DNA of 64,000 bases. It comes from Nitrospirae bacterium MYbin3. Its GTDB lineage: Bacteria; Nitrospirota; Thermodesulfovibrionia; Thermodesulfovibrionales; Dissulfurispiraceae. The stretch covers positions 1 through 64,000 of the forward strand of contig PEAD01000001.1 in assembly GCA_002753335.1 (NCBI GenBank). The letters run 5' to 3'. The notes beneath the pieces are model-generated. The model was not told the DNA's origin. It searched no databases and saw only the letters and a program-made list of their open reading frames with translations. Position numbers and translations under genes: made by a program. Every line of letters begins with the position of its first letter. The first letter of the stretch is position 1. This document shows positions 11,201-20,608 of this stretch, piece after piece.

Positions 11201-11689
11201 TATTACAGCATTATAGATATGCTGGAGAAGAGCATGGAATGTATAAATAAGCGGATAATATTTGCCAAGCCCGAAGATGAAATCGCAACAAAAATGGCGA
11301 GTCATCTGAAAGAGCTTATTATCGACAAGGATTCCACGTTGCTTTCGTATAAAACCGCCGAGCTTGCCGAAACATGTCTGCGGTTCGAAAAAGAGATACA
11401 TGACAGGCTTGCGGTCTTTGCCGAAGAGCTGAGAACGCGTGCTGATGAGTACCACATGTTTTTGGCTGACTTCTGCATAGTTTCTGACAGGCAGAGAGAA
11501 GCTGCGGCCATATACGCGCAGGCGCACAAACATTATCTAAAAAAGGAATGGAGCGAAGCAAAGGAATTATTCAAAAAGGTTGGTTCTGTTGTACCGGATG
11601 ATGGGCCTTCTAAGAAAATGCTCGAAAAAATAGAGCAGCTTGAAAAGACCATGCTGCCTCAGGATTGGGACGGAGCATGGGAGGAATAA
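8210..11689 (+). pseudogene. CHASE2-domain class III cyclase B (lacks Asn/Arg; C1-like), interrupted by in-frame TAA at 9749-9751 (nonsense mutation or sequence error)
   Basis: ORFs 8180..9751 and 9779..11689 share a frame and align continuously with cyclase A across the stop. ATG 8210 overlaps the cyclase A stop (ATGA). Core motifs FSSDVSGFT / IDKYEGDA / YTVMGDAVTIAEE. About 1159 codons if read through. Confidence 0.8.
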
Positions 11690-11702
11690 AAACAAACTAA
11701 AG

Positions 11703-13493
11703 TTATGTGTCTTCTGCCAGAGTGTTTTCTACTACCTGGTTCACAGTAATAACGCCTTTTAGAGCTTTATCTATCGCTTCCTGTCTTAGGGTCATCATTC
11801 CGCTTTTTATGGCAGCAGCCCGCAAAGCTTCGGTGCTTGAGCCTTTAATAAGCAGGGACCTGAATTCTTTTGATACCAGCAATACTTCATATATGCCGGT
11901 ACGGCCTCTTTCGCCTGAGCCGTCACAGGCATCGCAACCTTTGCCGCGATATAGGGTTGTTCCTTCCTTGATATCTCCTTTTGTTAGCTCTTCTTCGTCT
12001 TTTGTTGACACGTAGGATTCCTTGCAATGGGAGCATATTCTTCTGGCAAGTCGCTGGGCGCATACGAGTACAACAGAGTCCGCAATAAGGTACGATTCTA
12101 TGCCCATCTCAACTAATCTGGTGATAGTGCCGACAGCATCATTTGTATGCAGGGTAGAGAAAACCATGTGGCCGGTAAGCGATGCCTCAACAGCAGATTT
12201 CGCTGTTTCGAGGTCTCTAATTTCACCGATCAGAATAATGTCAGGGTCATGCCTCATAAAGGCCTTAAGCGCTTTTGCAAAGGTGTATCCGGTGGCCGGG
12301 TTAACGCTGCTCTGTATGATGTTGCCGCCGAGGCTTGTTTCTACCGGGTCTTCGGCCGTACAGATTTTAAGATCGGGTGTATCCAGCGTTTTAAGCGCAG
12401 CAAACAAGCCTGTGGACTTACCGCTTCCTGTAGGTCCCACATGCAAAAGAATGCCGTACGGTACCTGTATCGCCTCTTTGTAAAGCTTCATGCAGTGGTC
12501 ATTAAATCCGAGCATGTCCAGGGTAAGAACATTCCCAGACTTGTCCAGAAGTCTCATGACCACATCTTCGCCGAACGGTGTGGGTACGGTAGAAACGCGC
12601 AGGTCTATTTCGAAAGAGGGATTGTATTTTGTAAAATCGATTCTTCCATCCTGAGGCACACGCTTCTCATCTATTCTCAGGTCGGCCATTATCTTAAATC
12701 TTGTGATTAAGGCGTCCTGCGCATATTTAGGCACTCTCATAACCTCTTCAAGGTCGCCGTCTATACGGTACCTGACGCGAAGGTTGAACTGGGTGGGCTC
12801 CAGATGTATGTCGCTTGTCCTCTTTGCAACGGCCTCTTCAACGATTCTGCTTGCGAGCATCACGACCGGCCCGCTGTTTTCGGTTGCCTGATCCTGAGCA
12901 ACCTCAGCCATTTCAACATCAGTACGGTAACTCTCGGCAAGGTTGTCCATCAGGGTTCCAAGTCCAAGGTTGTCCTTGTCCTTGTCTTTTGCCTTGTCTT
13001 TTAAACCGTACAGCTTGTCAACGGCAGCTATTAATTTTGCCTGAGTGGTAACCGCGATTTTTACGGTCTTTACGTTGTATCTTGCGTCTTTGGAGAAACG
13101 TGTTATTTCATCAAGCGCCATCAAGTCTCGCGGCTCTACCATGGCTACGGTGAGAACCGGATCCGCATATTTAATCGGGAGAACCCTCAAATGTTTTGCA
13201 TAAGCAGGTTTAACGATTTTAAGGAGTTCTGACTGCACAGGGATAGTGGTAACATCCACAAACTCATAGCCGAGAGATTCTGCAACAATGGCGGCCACTT
13301 TATCACCCGGAATTCCGGTCTCTATTAAAAGTTGATCGAGATTTTTCCTTTCCTTGGCAACTCTCGGCAGCAGCTCTTGCAGCTGTTCATTAGTTACGAG
13401 CCCTTTTTCTATAGCAAGCTGTTCAAGGCTTTTTCTGACAACCTTTTTTACTTCGGGGCCTTTTGCAGCGTCAGCCGGTTTTTTTTCTTCCAT
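11703..13493 (-). CDS. GspE/PilB family type II secretion or type IV pilus assembly ATPase
   Basis: SDIHLEP, RYRIDG, PQDGRI, Walker A GPTGSGKST, AEDPVE, DPDIILIGEIRD, TGHMVFSTLHTND, and Cys4 zinc motif (CSHC...CDAC). Confidence 0.92.
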   Translation of the reverse strand: MEEKKPADAAKGPEVKKVVRKSLEQLAIEKGLVTNEQLQELLPRVAKERKNLDQLLIETGIPGDKVAAIVAESLGYEFVDVTTIPVQSELLKIVKPAYAKHLRVLPIKYADPVLTVAMVEPRDLMALDEITRFSKDARYNVKTVKIAVTTQAKLIAAVDKLYGLKDKAKDKDKDNLGLGTLMDNLAESYRTDVEMAEVAQDQATENSGPVVMLASRIVEEAVAKRTSDIHLEPTQFNLRVRYRIDGDLEEVMRVPKYAQDALITRFKIMADLRIDEKRVPQDGRIDFTKYNPSFEIDLRVSTVPTPFGEDVVMRLLDKSGNVLTLDMLGFNDHCMKLYKEAIQVPYGILLHVGPTGSGKSTGLFAALKTLDTPDLKICTAEDPVETSLGGNIIQSSVNPATGYTFAKALKAFMRHDPDIILIGEIRDLETAKSAVEASLTGHMVFSTLHTNDAVGTITRLVEMGIESYLIADSVVLVCAQRLARRICSHCKESYVSTKDEEELTKGDIKEGTTLYRGKGCDACDGSGERGRTGIYEVLLVSKEFRSLLIKGSSTEALRAAAIKSGMMTLRQEAIDKALKGVITVNQVVENTLAEDT

Positions 13494-13502
13494 AAATGTT
13501 TT

Positions 13503-14366
13503 CTATATCCTCGTAATTATGAGAATCAGCTGCCGTACCTTGTTTTTATCATCAACGTACGGGATGACCTTTACTTCAAGCACAGACAGCTGGCAGATCA
13601 TTTTATAGCCTTTTGCCAATACATCATTTAGTATCTCTTCAAGTTCGGTGCCGACAAAATTAGGGAATATTTCTAAAAAGTTGGCGCCAATCATAGAATC
13701 TACGGTGTATCTCATGCCGCTCATCATCTCCATAAACCTGCTTGCGGACATTATTGTTTTTTTCGTGTTCAGGATGCAGATCCCTTCCTCAATGTCGTCC
13801 ATAATGTAGGTTCTGAGCAGGCGCTCCTCATCCACCTTCTGATAAAGCAGCGCATTGTTCACAGCTATTCCTATCAAAATCGCAAGCTCCTGCATCATCT
13901 CAACATCCTTCTGGGTAAAGCCTCCGGGCTTGTTCAGCGCCTGCAAGACCCCGATAGTAGGCCCATTGGTTCTGAAAGGAATCGGGATTACAAGGACGCT
14001 TTGTGTTCTGTAACCGCTTTTCATGTCCCAGCTTTTGTCGAAGGCGAGTTCCGGGTCAGCGGCCTTAAGTTCTGCGTCATCGTAAGCATCTTTGATGTTG
14101 AGATAGTTGGCTGTTTCTGCCGAATAACCGGCAAGGCTTGATTTTTTTATAGGAACCCGTATCTCTACAAGATTTTCGGCCTGCAGCACTTTCGAATACA
14201 TCTCATAGTTTTCTCTATCAAGGATATACAGGGTGCAGCGTTCGGCCTTCAGTATATTACGAACCTGTTCAACAACCGAGGTCAGTATCTCGTTGATGTC
14301 TAAAGACGTAAGTATCGTCTCTAAAATATTGAAGAAGTTGTCTATGCTTTGTGTGAGTTCTTTCAA
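13503..14366 (-). CDS. GAF domain protein with C-terminal PAS-like domain and no catalytic output
   Basis: TTG start with RBS aggaga. GAF motifs AERCTLYILD, FDKSWDMKSGYRTQSVLVIPI and LNKPGGFTQKD. PAS-like segment IMDDIEEGICILN. Confidence 0.85.
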   Translation of the reverse strand: MKELTQSIDNFFNILETILTSLDINEILTSVVEQVRNILKAERCTLYILDRENYEMYSKVLQAENLVEIRVPIKKSSLAGYSAETANYLNIKDAYDDAELKAADPELAFDKSWDMKSGYRTQSVLVIPIPFRTNGPTIGVLQALNKPGGFTQKDVEMMQELAILIGIAVNNALLYQKVDEERLLRTYIMDDIEEGICILNTKKTIMSASRFMEMMSGMRYTVDSMIGANFLEIFPNFVGTELEEILNDVLAKGYKMICQLSVLEVKVIPYVDDKNKVRQLILIITRI

Positions 14367-14518
14367 GCCGTCTCCTGACTAATAAAAATAAAAACTATTA
14401 TATCACAGAACAAAAGAACTTTTTTACAGCATACTGGACAGACAAAAGAATGAGGGGTTAAACTAATCCCGGTTCCGGAGAGCAAGTTTATTACATATTT
14501 GTGCGGGGTGAAAAAACT

Positions 14519-15391
14519 ATGAAAGGCATTATCCTTGCGGGCGGCAGCGGCACAAGGCTCTATCCCATAACCAAATCGGTATGCAAACAGCTTCTGCCCA
14601 TTTACGACAAGCCGATGGTTTACTATCCATTGTCTGTTTTGATGCTTGCGGGCATCAGAGAAGTTCTTATAATTTCTACTCCCGCAGATCTGCCGCGCTT
14701 TAAAGAGATATTCGGAGACGGAGAAGAGTTTGGCCTTAAGCTTTCATATAAGGAACAACCTAAGCCAAATGGGCTTGCCGAGGCGTTCATAATCGGCGAA
14801 GAGTTTATAGGCGACAGTGATGTATGTCTTATTTTGGGCGATAATATTTTCTACGGCCACGGACTTACGAAGCTTCTGGTAAAGGCCGCTGAAGACGTTA
14901 AATCCGAAAGGGGAGCGACGATATTCGGATACTATGTCAAAGATCCGCAGAGATACGGCATTGTTGAGTTTGACAGCAACGGAAGCGTTCTTTCGATCGA
15001 AGAAAAACCTGATTCGCCCAAGTCCAATTATGCTGTTACGGGTCTGTATTTCTATGATAATGGCGTAGTTAAAGTGGCGAAGTCTATTAAGCCTTCGGCA
15101 AGGGGTGAACTCGAGATAACCGATGTAAATAATGAGTATCTTAAAAAAGGCAATTTAAGGGTTGAGCTGTTGGGCAGAGGCTACGCATGGCTCGATACAG
15201 GCACGCATGACAGCCTGCTTGATGCAGGGGAGTTCATCGCAACCATAGAAAAAAGGCAGGGCCTGAAGGTCGCCTGCATCGAAGAGATAGCTTTTAAATC
15301 AGGATATATAGACAAGGCGCAGGTAAAGAAGCTTGCCGGCCAATATAAAAATAATGGATACGGACAGTATCTGTTGAATTTGGTAAAGTAA
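14519..15391 (+). CDS. rmlA: Glucose-1-phosphate thymidylyltransferase
   Basis: [33 protein letters not shown]. Confidence 0.97.
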   Translation: MKGIILAGGSGTRLYPITKSVCKQLLPIYDKPMVYYPLSVLMLAGIREVLIISTPADLPRFKEIFGDGEEFGLKLSYKEQPKPNGLAEAFIIGEEFIGDSDVCLILGDNIFYGHGLTKLLVKAAEDVKSERGATIFGYYVKDPQRYGIVEFDSNGSVLSIEEKPDSPKSNYAVTGLYFYDNGVVKVAKSIKPSARGELEITDVNNEYLKKGNLRVELLGRGYAWLDTGTHDSLLDAGEFIATIEKRQGLKVACIEEIAFKSGYIDKAQVKKLAGQYKNNGYGQYLLNLVK

Positions 15392-15394
15392 CCG

Positions 15395-15946
15395 ATGCCA
15401 TTCAGTTTTAAAAAACTTGAGCTGCAGGATGTGATACTTATCGAGCCAAAGGTTATTGGTGACGACAGGGGTTTTTTTATCGAAACCTATAAGCAGACCG
15501 ATTTTGCTGCTGCGGGCATAGAAGAATGTTTTGTACAGGACAATCTCTCGCGGTCTGCGAAGGGAGTTCTGCGCGGCCTTCATTATCAGAAAAATCCGAA
15601 GTCTCAGGGCAAGCTTATCCGTTGTCCTAAAGGCAGTATTTTTGATGTTGCTGTTGATATCAGGAAGGGATCGCCAACGTATGCCAAATGGGTCGGCGTG
15701 GAGCTTTCTGAAGAGAACAAGCGGATGCTTTATGTGCCCAAGGGCTTTGCGCATGGTTTTATTGTGCTGAGCGATTATGCCGACCTTTTCTACAAATGCA
15801 CGGATGAATATTCGCCGGAACATGATGCCGGAATTATCTGGAGCGATCCGACGATCAACATATCGTGGCCTTTCGAAGCGCCGCTTCTCTCCCCCAAAGA
15901 CACCCGCTTGCCGCTGCTTGTAGATGCGGACAATAATTTCGAATAA
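15395..15946 (+). CDS. rmlC: dTDP-4-dehydrorhamnose 3,5-epimerase
   Basis: DDRGFF, VQDNLSRS.KGVLRGLHYQ, GFAHGF. Confidence 0.96.
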   Translation: MPFSFKKLELQDVILIEPKVIGDDRGFFIETYKQTDFAAAGIEECFVQDNLSRSAKGVLRGLHYQKNPKSQGKLIRCPKGSIFDVAVDIRKGSPTYAKWVGVELSEENKRMLYVPKGFAHGFIVLSDYADLFYKCTDEYSPEHDAGIIWSDPTINISWPFEAPLLSPKDTRLPLLVDADNNFE

Positions 15947-15954
15947 AAAGCTCT

Positions 15955-16065
15955 ACCACTGAGGGCACGGAGAAAATATAATATTTATTAAAACACACTA
16001 TAGAGCACACAGAGCAAAAGCTGCTTTTGTTTTCTATCTAAGGCTTTCTCTGAGTTCTCTGTGGT
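15955..16065. repeat. Palindromic intergenic repeat, copy 2
   Basis: ACCACTGAGGGCACGGAGAA ... CACACAGAG ... TTCTCTGAGTTCTCTGTGGT, between rmlC and rmlD. Confidence 0.7.
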
Positions 16066-16093
16066 TTATTTTTTAGGTTGAAAAGGAGTTGCT

Positions 16094-16942
16094 GTGAAAT
16101 TTCTGATAACAGGCGCAAATGGCCAGCTCGCAACCGAATTCAGGAGAACATTTGAGCGTGAAGGCTGCGAACACTTAGCGCTGACAAGGGCGCAGCTAGA
16201 TCTGTCGGATGCAAAGGCGGTTCAGGATGCGGTATCTCAATATAACCCCGATGTGGCGCTGAACTGTGCAGCCTACAATAATGTTGACGCTGCCGAAAAA
16301 GATTTTGACGCTGCCTTTGAGGCAAACGCAGTTGCTGTGAAGAACCTTGCTGCTGCCTGTGTTGAAAACAATGCGCTAATCGTTCATTACGGCAGCGATT
16401 ATGTTTTTGACGGGTTGAAAGGGGACCTGTATTCGGAGGAAGACATTCCTAATCCGATAAGCAGCTACGGAAAGAGCAAGCATGCCGGAGAACTGCTGCT
16501 GAAGGAAGAGACGGATAATTTTTTGATGTTCCGTGTCAGCTGGTTGTTCGGTAAGGGCAGGCAGAATTTTTTATATAAACTGTCCGAATGGGCGCAAAAA
16601 AATAGAACGCTGAAGATAGTCTGCGATCAGGTTTCAATTCCCACATATACGGAAGATATTGTGAACGGAACGATGCTTGCCATAAAAAAAGGTTTGCGCG
16701 GAGCGTATCATCTCACCAACAGTGGATACGCATCAAGGTACGAAGTGGCGCATTACTTCATCGAGCGCATGGGATTTGACAATATCCTTTTGCCGGTGGA
16801 TTCCGGTTTTTTTGAACTGCCCGCAAAGAGGCCCGCCTTTTCGCCTATGTCCAATGCCAAGCTTTCGAGGCAGCTTAATACCCGCTTTCCCCACTGGCAA
16901 GACGGCGTTGACAGATATATAAAGGCATTCAGGGAGGATTGA
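16094..16942 (+). CDS. rmlD: dTDP-4-dehydrorhamnose reductase
   Basis: ITGANGQL, NCAAYNNVD.AE, SDYVFDG, YGKSK. Confidence 0.95.
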   Translation: MKFLITGANGQLATEFRRTFEREGCEHLALTRAQLDLSDAKAVQDAVSQYNPDVALNCAAYNNVDAAEKDFDAAFEANAVAVKNLAAACVENNALIVHYGSDYVFDGLKGDLYSEEDIPNPISSYGKSKHAGELLLKEETDNFLMFRVSWLFGKGRQNFLYKLSEWAQKNRTLKIVCDQVSIPTYTEDIVNGTMLAIKKGLRGAYHLTNSGYASRYEVAHYFIERMGFDNILLPVDSGFFELPAKRPAFSPMSNAKLSRQLNTRFPHWQDGVDRYIKAFRED

Positions 16943-17934
16943 TGAAAAGGCTTTTGGTTACTGGAGGCGCCGGTTTTATAGGCAGCGAGTTTGTGAGGCA
17001 GGGCGTAAGAAAAGGTTATGGGATCATACTTGCTGACAGCCTCACTTATGCCGGGGATTTATTGAGGATAAAGGAGTTCGAAAAAGAGATCTCGTTTCAC
17101 AAAATATCAGTAACAGACAGGGATGCTGTCGAAAAACTATTCATCGCAGAAAAGCCGGATGCTGTTGTGCATTGGGCTGCAGAAAGCCATGTTGACCGAA
17201 GCATTATGGACGCGGGGCCTTTTATCGACTCGAATGTTAAAGGGACTTCGATTATGCTGGACGCTGCTAGAAGGCATGGGGTTGAATGTTTTGTAAATGT
17301 CTCTACTGACGAGGTGTATGGAGATCTCGACGAGTCGGGCAGTTTTTTTGAGACTACTCCGCTGAATCCCAGCTCCCCGTATTCTGTGAGCAAGGCTTCT
17401 GCGGATATGCTCGGAAGGGCGTTCCACAGGACTTACGGACTGCCTGTCATCACCGTCCGTCCGTCCAACAACTACGGGCAGTGGCAGTACCCCGAAAAAC
17501 TTATACCGGTTGTTGTTGTTAAAGCTTTGAGGAACGAAAGCGTGCCTGTTTATGCGCAGGGACTGAATGTGCGGGAATGGCTCTGTGTTTCGGACTGCGC
17601 TGATGCGGTGTTTCGGATTCTCGAAAAAGGAAAGGCCGGAGATGTTTACAACATCGGCAGCGGCGAAGAAAGAAAAAACATAGAAGTTGTGAAAGAGATA
17701 CTAAAAATTCTTGGCAAGCCTGAAGATTTGATAAAGTTCACAAAAGACAGGCCGGGCCATGATTTCCGCTATTCGCTTAATTCCGGCAAGCTTAGAAAAG
17801 AGCTTTCATGGAGCCCTTCAACCGATTTTGGTTCAGGGTTGAACAATACCGTAGAATGGTTTTTGTCCAACATAAATTGGGTGAACGCAAAGATTGCGGC
17901 GCTTCAGGAATATTGGAGCAAAGCCTACTCCTAA
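16939..17934 (+). CDS. rmlB: dTDP-glucose 4,6-dehydratase
   Basis: VTGGAGFIGS, AAESHVDRSI, STDEVYG, YSVSK, DRPGHDFRY. Confidence 0.96.
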   Translation: MMKRLLVTGGAGFIGSEFVRQGVRKGYGIILADSLTYAGDLLRIKEFEKEISFHKISVTDRDAVEKLFIAEKPDAVVHWAAESHVDRSIMDAGPFIDSNVKGTSIMLDAARRHGVECFVNVSTDEVYGDLDESGSFFETTPLNPSSPYSVSKASADMLGRAFHRTYGLPVITVRPSNNYGQWQYPEKLIPVVVVKALRNESVPVYAQGLNVREWLCVSDCADAVFRILEKGKAGDVYNIGSGEERKNIEVVKEILKILGKPEDLIKFTKDRPGHDFRYSLNSGKLRKELSWSPSTDFGSGLNNTVEWFLSNINWVNAKIAALQEYWSKAYS

Positions 17935-18941
17935 AGAGCTGTTATTTTGTCTCCCACGCCTATTTGCTGTTCAGCCTTAATTATTAAGGCGACCGAGGTT
18001 TTTTCACCCACGTTGATAATCCTTACCTGGCCTATCGGCATATAAGGCTCTTCTTGCGAAAGCACCTTAAAGATGTCGCCTATCTCTATTCCGTGCATAG
18101 ATCCTCTGTCCAAATAAGCCACCTGCAGGCTGCCGGCCAAGATCTTTCCTTCTGTCAGCTTGATTACTATACCGCCTTCAGCCTCGGCACGCTTTTCGGA
18201 TTTGGCGTCAAAGGGCGGCTCTATCTCATAATGTCTTTTCAGGAGATCATCAGTCACAATCTCTTCATAGGATTCTGTTATCAGCGCCGTTGTTTTCGAG
18301 CCTTCTTTGGCTGAAAGTTCGAGCACTCCTTTTACTCTTATGAGATTGCCGACAGCTTCTTCGGTTTTGGGATGGAGCACCTGTTCGGGCTGGCTCATCA
18401 CAAAGAATTTCTTGATCGACGAAATGCCCGGGCCTGTTTCAACATAAACATAATCGCCCTTGCCCATAATAAGCTTGCCGGCCCTCGATGCCAAAACTTT
18501 TCCGTCATGCTTGAAGTCCTGATAGATGTACCCGCTCTGCAGAAGCATATCCAGAGGAACGAAATACTGTTTTTTCTGACCGCTTACTTTTTTTGCTGTA
18601 ACTTTATCCGGAGCAATAATATTCTTTTTGGGACGTTCGGTTATTGTTTCTGTGGCCGAATGTTTTTTGCCTTTCCCTGTTTGTCCTGACTCATCAATGA
18701 GATTTAATTTTTGTCCGGGGTATATCATGTGCGGATTCTTTAACTGCGGGTTGGATTTCCAGAGCTCCGGCCAAAGAAAAGCATCCTTAAGTTTTCCGGA
18801 CGATATTGTCCAGAGGGTGTCACCCTTTTGCACCGTGTATTCGCCTTCTCCTGCATCGAGTGCGTATGTGGCTGCAGGCAAAAACAGAAAAGCAAAGAAT
18901 AGCGTTGCAATCAATTTATCTAAAGACAGGTTTCTTATCAT
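17931..18941 (-). CDS. LysM peptidoglycan-binding protein (TsaP-like)
   Basis: Signal peptide and LysM motif YTVQKGDTLWTIS...WPELWKSNPQLKNPHMIYPGQ. Probable ATG at 18941 after RBS ggaggg. Confidence 0.8.
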   Translation of the reverse strand: MIRNLSLDKLIATLFFAFLFLPAATYALDAGEGEYTVQKGDTLWTISSGKLKDAFLWPELWKSNPQLKNPHMIYPGQKLNLIDESGQTGKGKKHSATETITERPKKNIIAPDKVTAKKVSGQKKQYFVPLDMLLQSGYIYQDFKHDGKVLASRAGKLIMGKGDYVYVETGPGISSIKKFFVMSQPEQVLHPKTEEAVGNLIRVKGVLELSAKEGSKTTALITESYEEIVTDDLLKRHYEIEPPFDAKSEKRAEAEGGIVIKLTEGKILAGSLQVAYLDRGSMHGIEIGDIFKVLSQEEPYMPIGQVRIINVGEKTSVALIIKAEQQIGVGDKITAL

Positions 18942-18970
18942 ATCCCCTCCCAAATTTTGCTTCTTCAAAA

Positions 18971-20338
18971 TCAAGCCATTACAGAGATTATAGATTTTTT
19001 TGTCGTATCCATCAAGTAGTTTAAGTTATCCACGCTTATAGAAAGAGGCGGCATAACCACAATCACATTGCCGAGAGGCCGCATCAGAACCCCTTTATCT
19101 CTGGCGTTGTCAGCAACTTTCCAGCCCATTTTATCTTCCCACGGATAAGGCTCTTTAGATTTTTTGTCCTTGACCAGTTCTATTCCCGAGATCATTCCTT
19201 TGTTTCTGACATTCCCGACGCAGGACAGTTCAGATATTTCGGAAAGCCTTTCTTCGAGCAGTTTTATTTTGGGCTGCAATTCCGCAACTGTATTTTCTTT
19301 TTCGAAAATATCGAGGCAGGCTATTGCAGCTGCGCAGGCCAAAGGATTCCCAGTGTAGGAATGGCCATGGAAAAAGGTTTTTAGTTCGCTGTACTCGCCT
19401 AAGAATGCGTTGTATATTTCGTCTGTGGCGATGGTTACGGCCAAAGGCATGTAGCCGTTTGTGATTCCTTTTGAAAGACAGATGATATCAGGAGCAACAG
19501 ACTCATGCTCGCATGCGAACATCTTTCCTGTTCTTCCGAATCCGGTTGCAACTTCATCCGCAATCAACATAACTTTGTATCGGTCGCATAATTCACGCAC
19601 GCCTTTCAGATAACCTTCGGGCCAGACGAGCATGCCGCCGGCAGCCTGCACCAGAGGCTCGACGATAAAAGCGGAGATCTCATCCGCATATGCTTTAAAT
19701 ATTTTTTCTATCTCGCCCAAACATGCAAAGGAGCAGGCTGCCCGCTCTTTTTTTAGTTCGCAGCGGTAACAAAATGGGGCAGGGGCTTTAAAAGTTTTAA
19801 AGAGCAGCGGCCTGAATGTATCATGAAAAATCTCTATGCCGCCAACACTGACTGCGCCGAGAGTATCGCCGTGATAAGCATTATTGAGCGATAGGAAAGA
19901 AGTTTTCTTTTTTTCGCCCTTATGAATCCAGTACTGAAAGGCCATTTTAAGCGCCACTTCAACTGCAGTAGAGCCGTTGTCCGAATAGAATACTTTTGAC
20001 AAATTTGGCTTCAGTCCATAAAAAGATTTGTTGATCAGGTGTATAAGTTTTTCTGCATATTTTATTGCCGGTTCGTTAGAGAGTCCCAGCAGTGTGGAGT
20101 GGGCGATGCTGCCAAGCTGAGCTATAATCGCATCATCAATCTCTTTTTTTCTGTGGCCATGAATGTTGACCCAGAGGGAAGAAACAGCATCAAGGTACCA
20201 TCTGCCGTTGGTGTCTTTTAAAAAACAGCCCTTGCCTTCTTTGATGATTATCGGTTTTTCTTCGGCCCATCCCTTCATCTGGGTGAAGGGATGCCAGATG
20301 AATTTTTTGTCCAAGTCTGCTAGAAACAAGTCGCTCAT
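18971..20338 (-). CDS. bioA: Adenosylmethionine-8-amino-7-oxononanoate aminotransferase
   Basis: IWHPFTQM, SSLWVNIHGH, YHGDTLGA, DEVATGFGRTG, PLP-binding Lys in LSKG. Confidence 0.96.
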   Translation of the reverse strand: MSDLFLADLDKKFIWHPFTQMKGWAEEKPIIIKEGKGCFLKDTNGRWYLDAVSSLWVNIHGHRKKEIDDAIIAQLGSIAHSTLLGLSNEPAIKYAEKLIHLINKSFYGLKPNLSKVFYSDNGSTAVEVALKMAFQYWIHKGEKKKTSFLSLNNAYHGDTLGAVSVGGIEIFHDTFRPLLFKTFKAPAPFCYRCELKKERAACSFACLGEIEKIFKAYADEISAFIVEPLVQAAGGMLVWPEGYLKGVRELCDRYKVMLIADEVATGFGRTGKMFACEHESVAPDIICLSKGITNGYMPLAVTIATDEIYNAFLGEYSELKTFFHGHSYTGNPLACAAAIACLDIFEKENTVAELQPKIKLLEERLSEISELSCVGNVRNKGMISGIELVKDKKSKEPYPWEDKMGWKVADNARDKGVLMRPLGNVIVVMPPLSISVDNLNYLMDTTKKSIISVMA

Positions 20339-20608
20339 TCAGTTATTTTAGCCCAGACAACTTTGCAATTCATAGGCCCTCGGGGCGTTACCTTTTTACT
20401 CATCGCGCTACACTATGTAACGGAGGCGCCAGCATAATAGTAAGTGGCAAATATAGCCATACTACTCCTAAAAATTCTCTTAAACAATTATTTAGGTTTT
20501 AAATTCAATGACATTTCCGGTCTTAGTTCTGGGCGCCGAATAATTTTTAAGCTTTTATATGGCCTGTTGAGGCGCGGGCATGCTATTTGCAAAATCTTTA
20601 CACTTAAT

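Noticed and set aside
20375..20430. Imperfect hairpin (GGCCCTC..CGTTAC / GTAACG.GAGG.GCC) upstream of bioA as a BirA operator or riboswitch
   Set aside because: It does not match the TGTAAAC-N14/15-GTTTACA BirA pattern or any riboswitch I recognise, and the pairing is weak.
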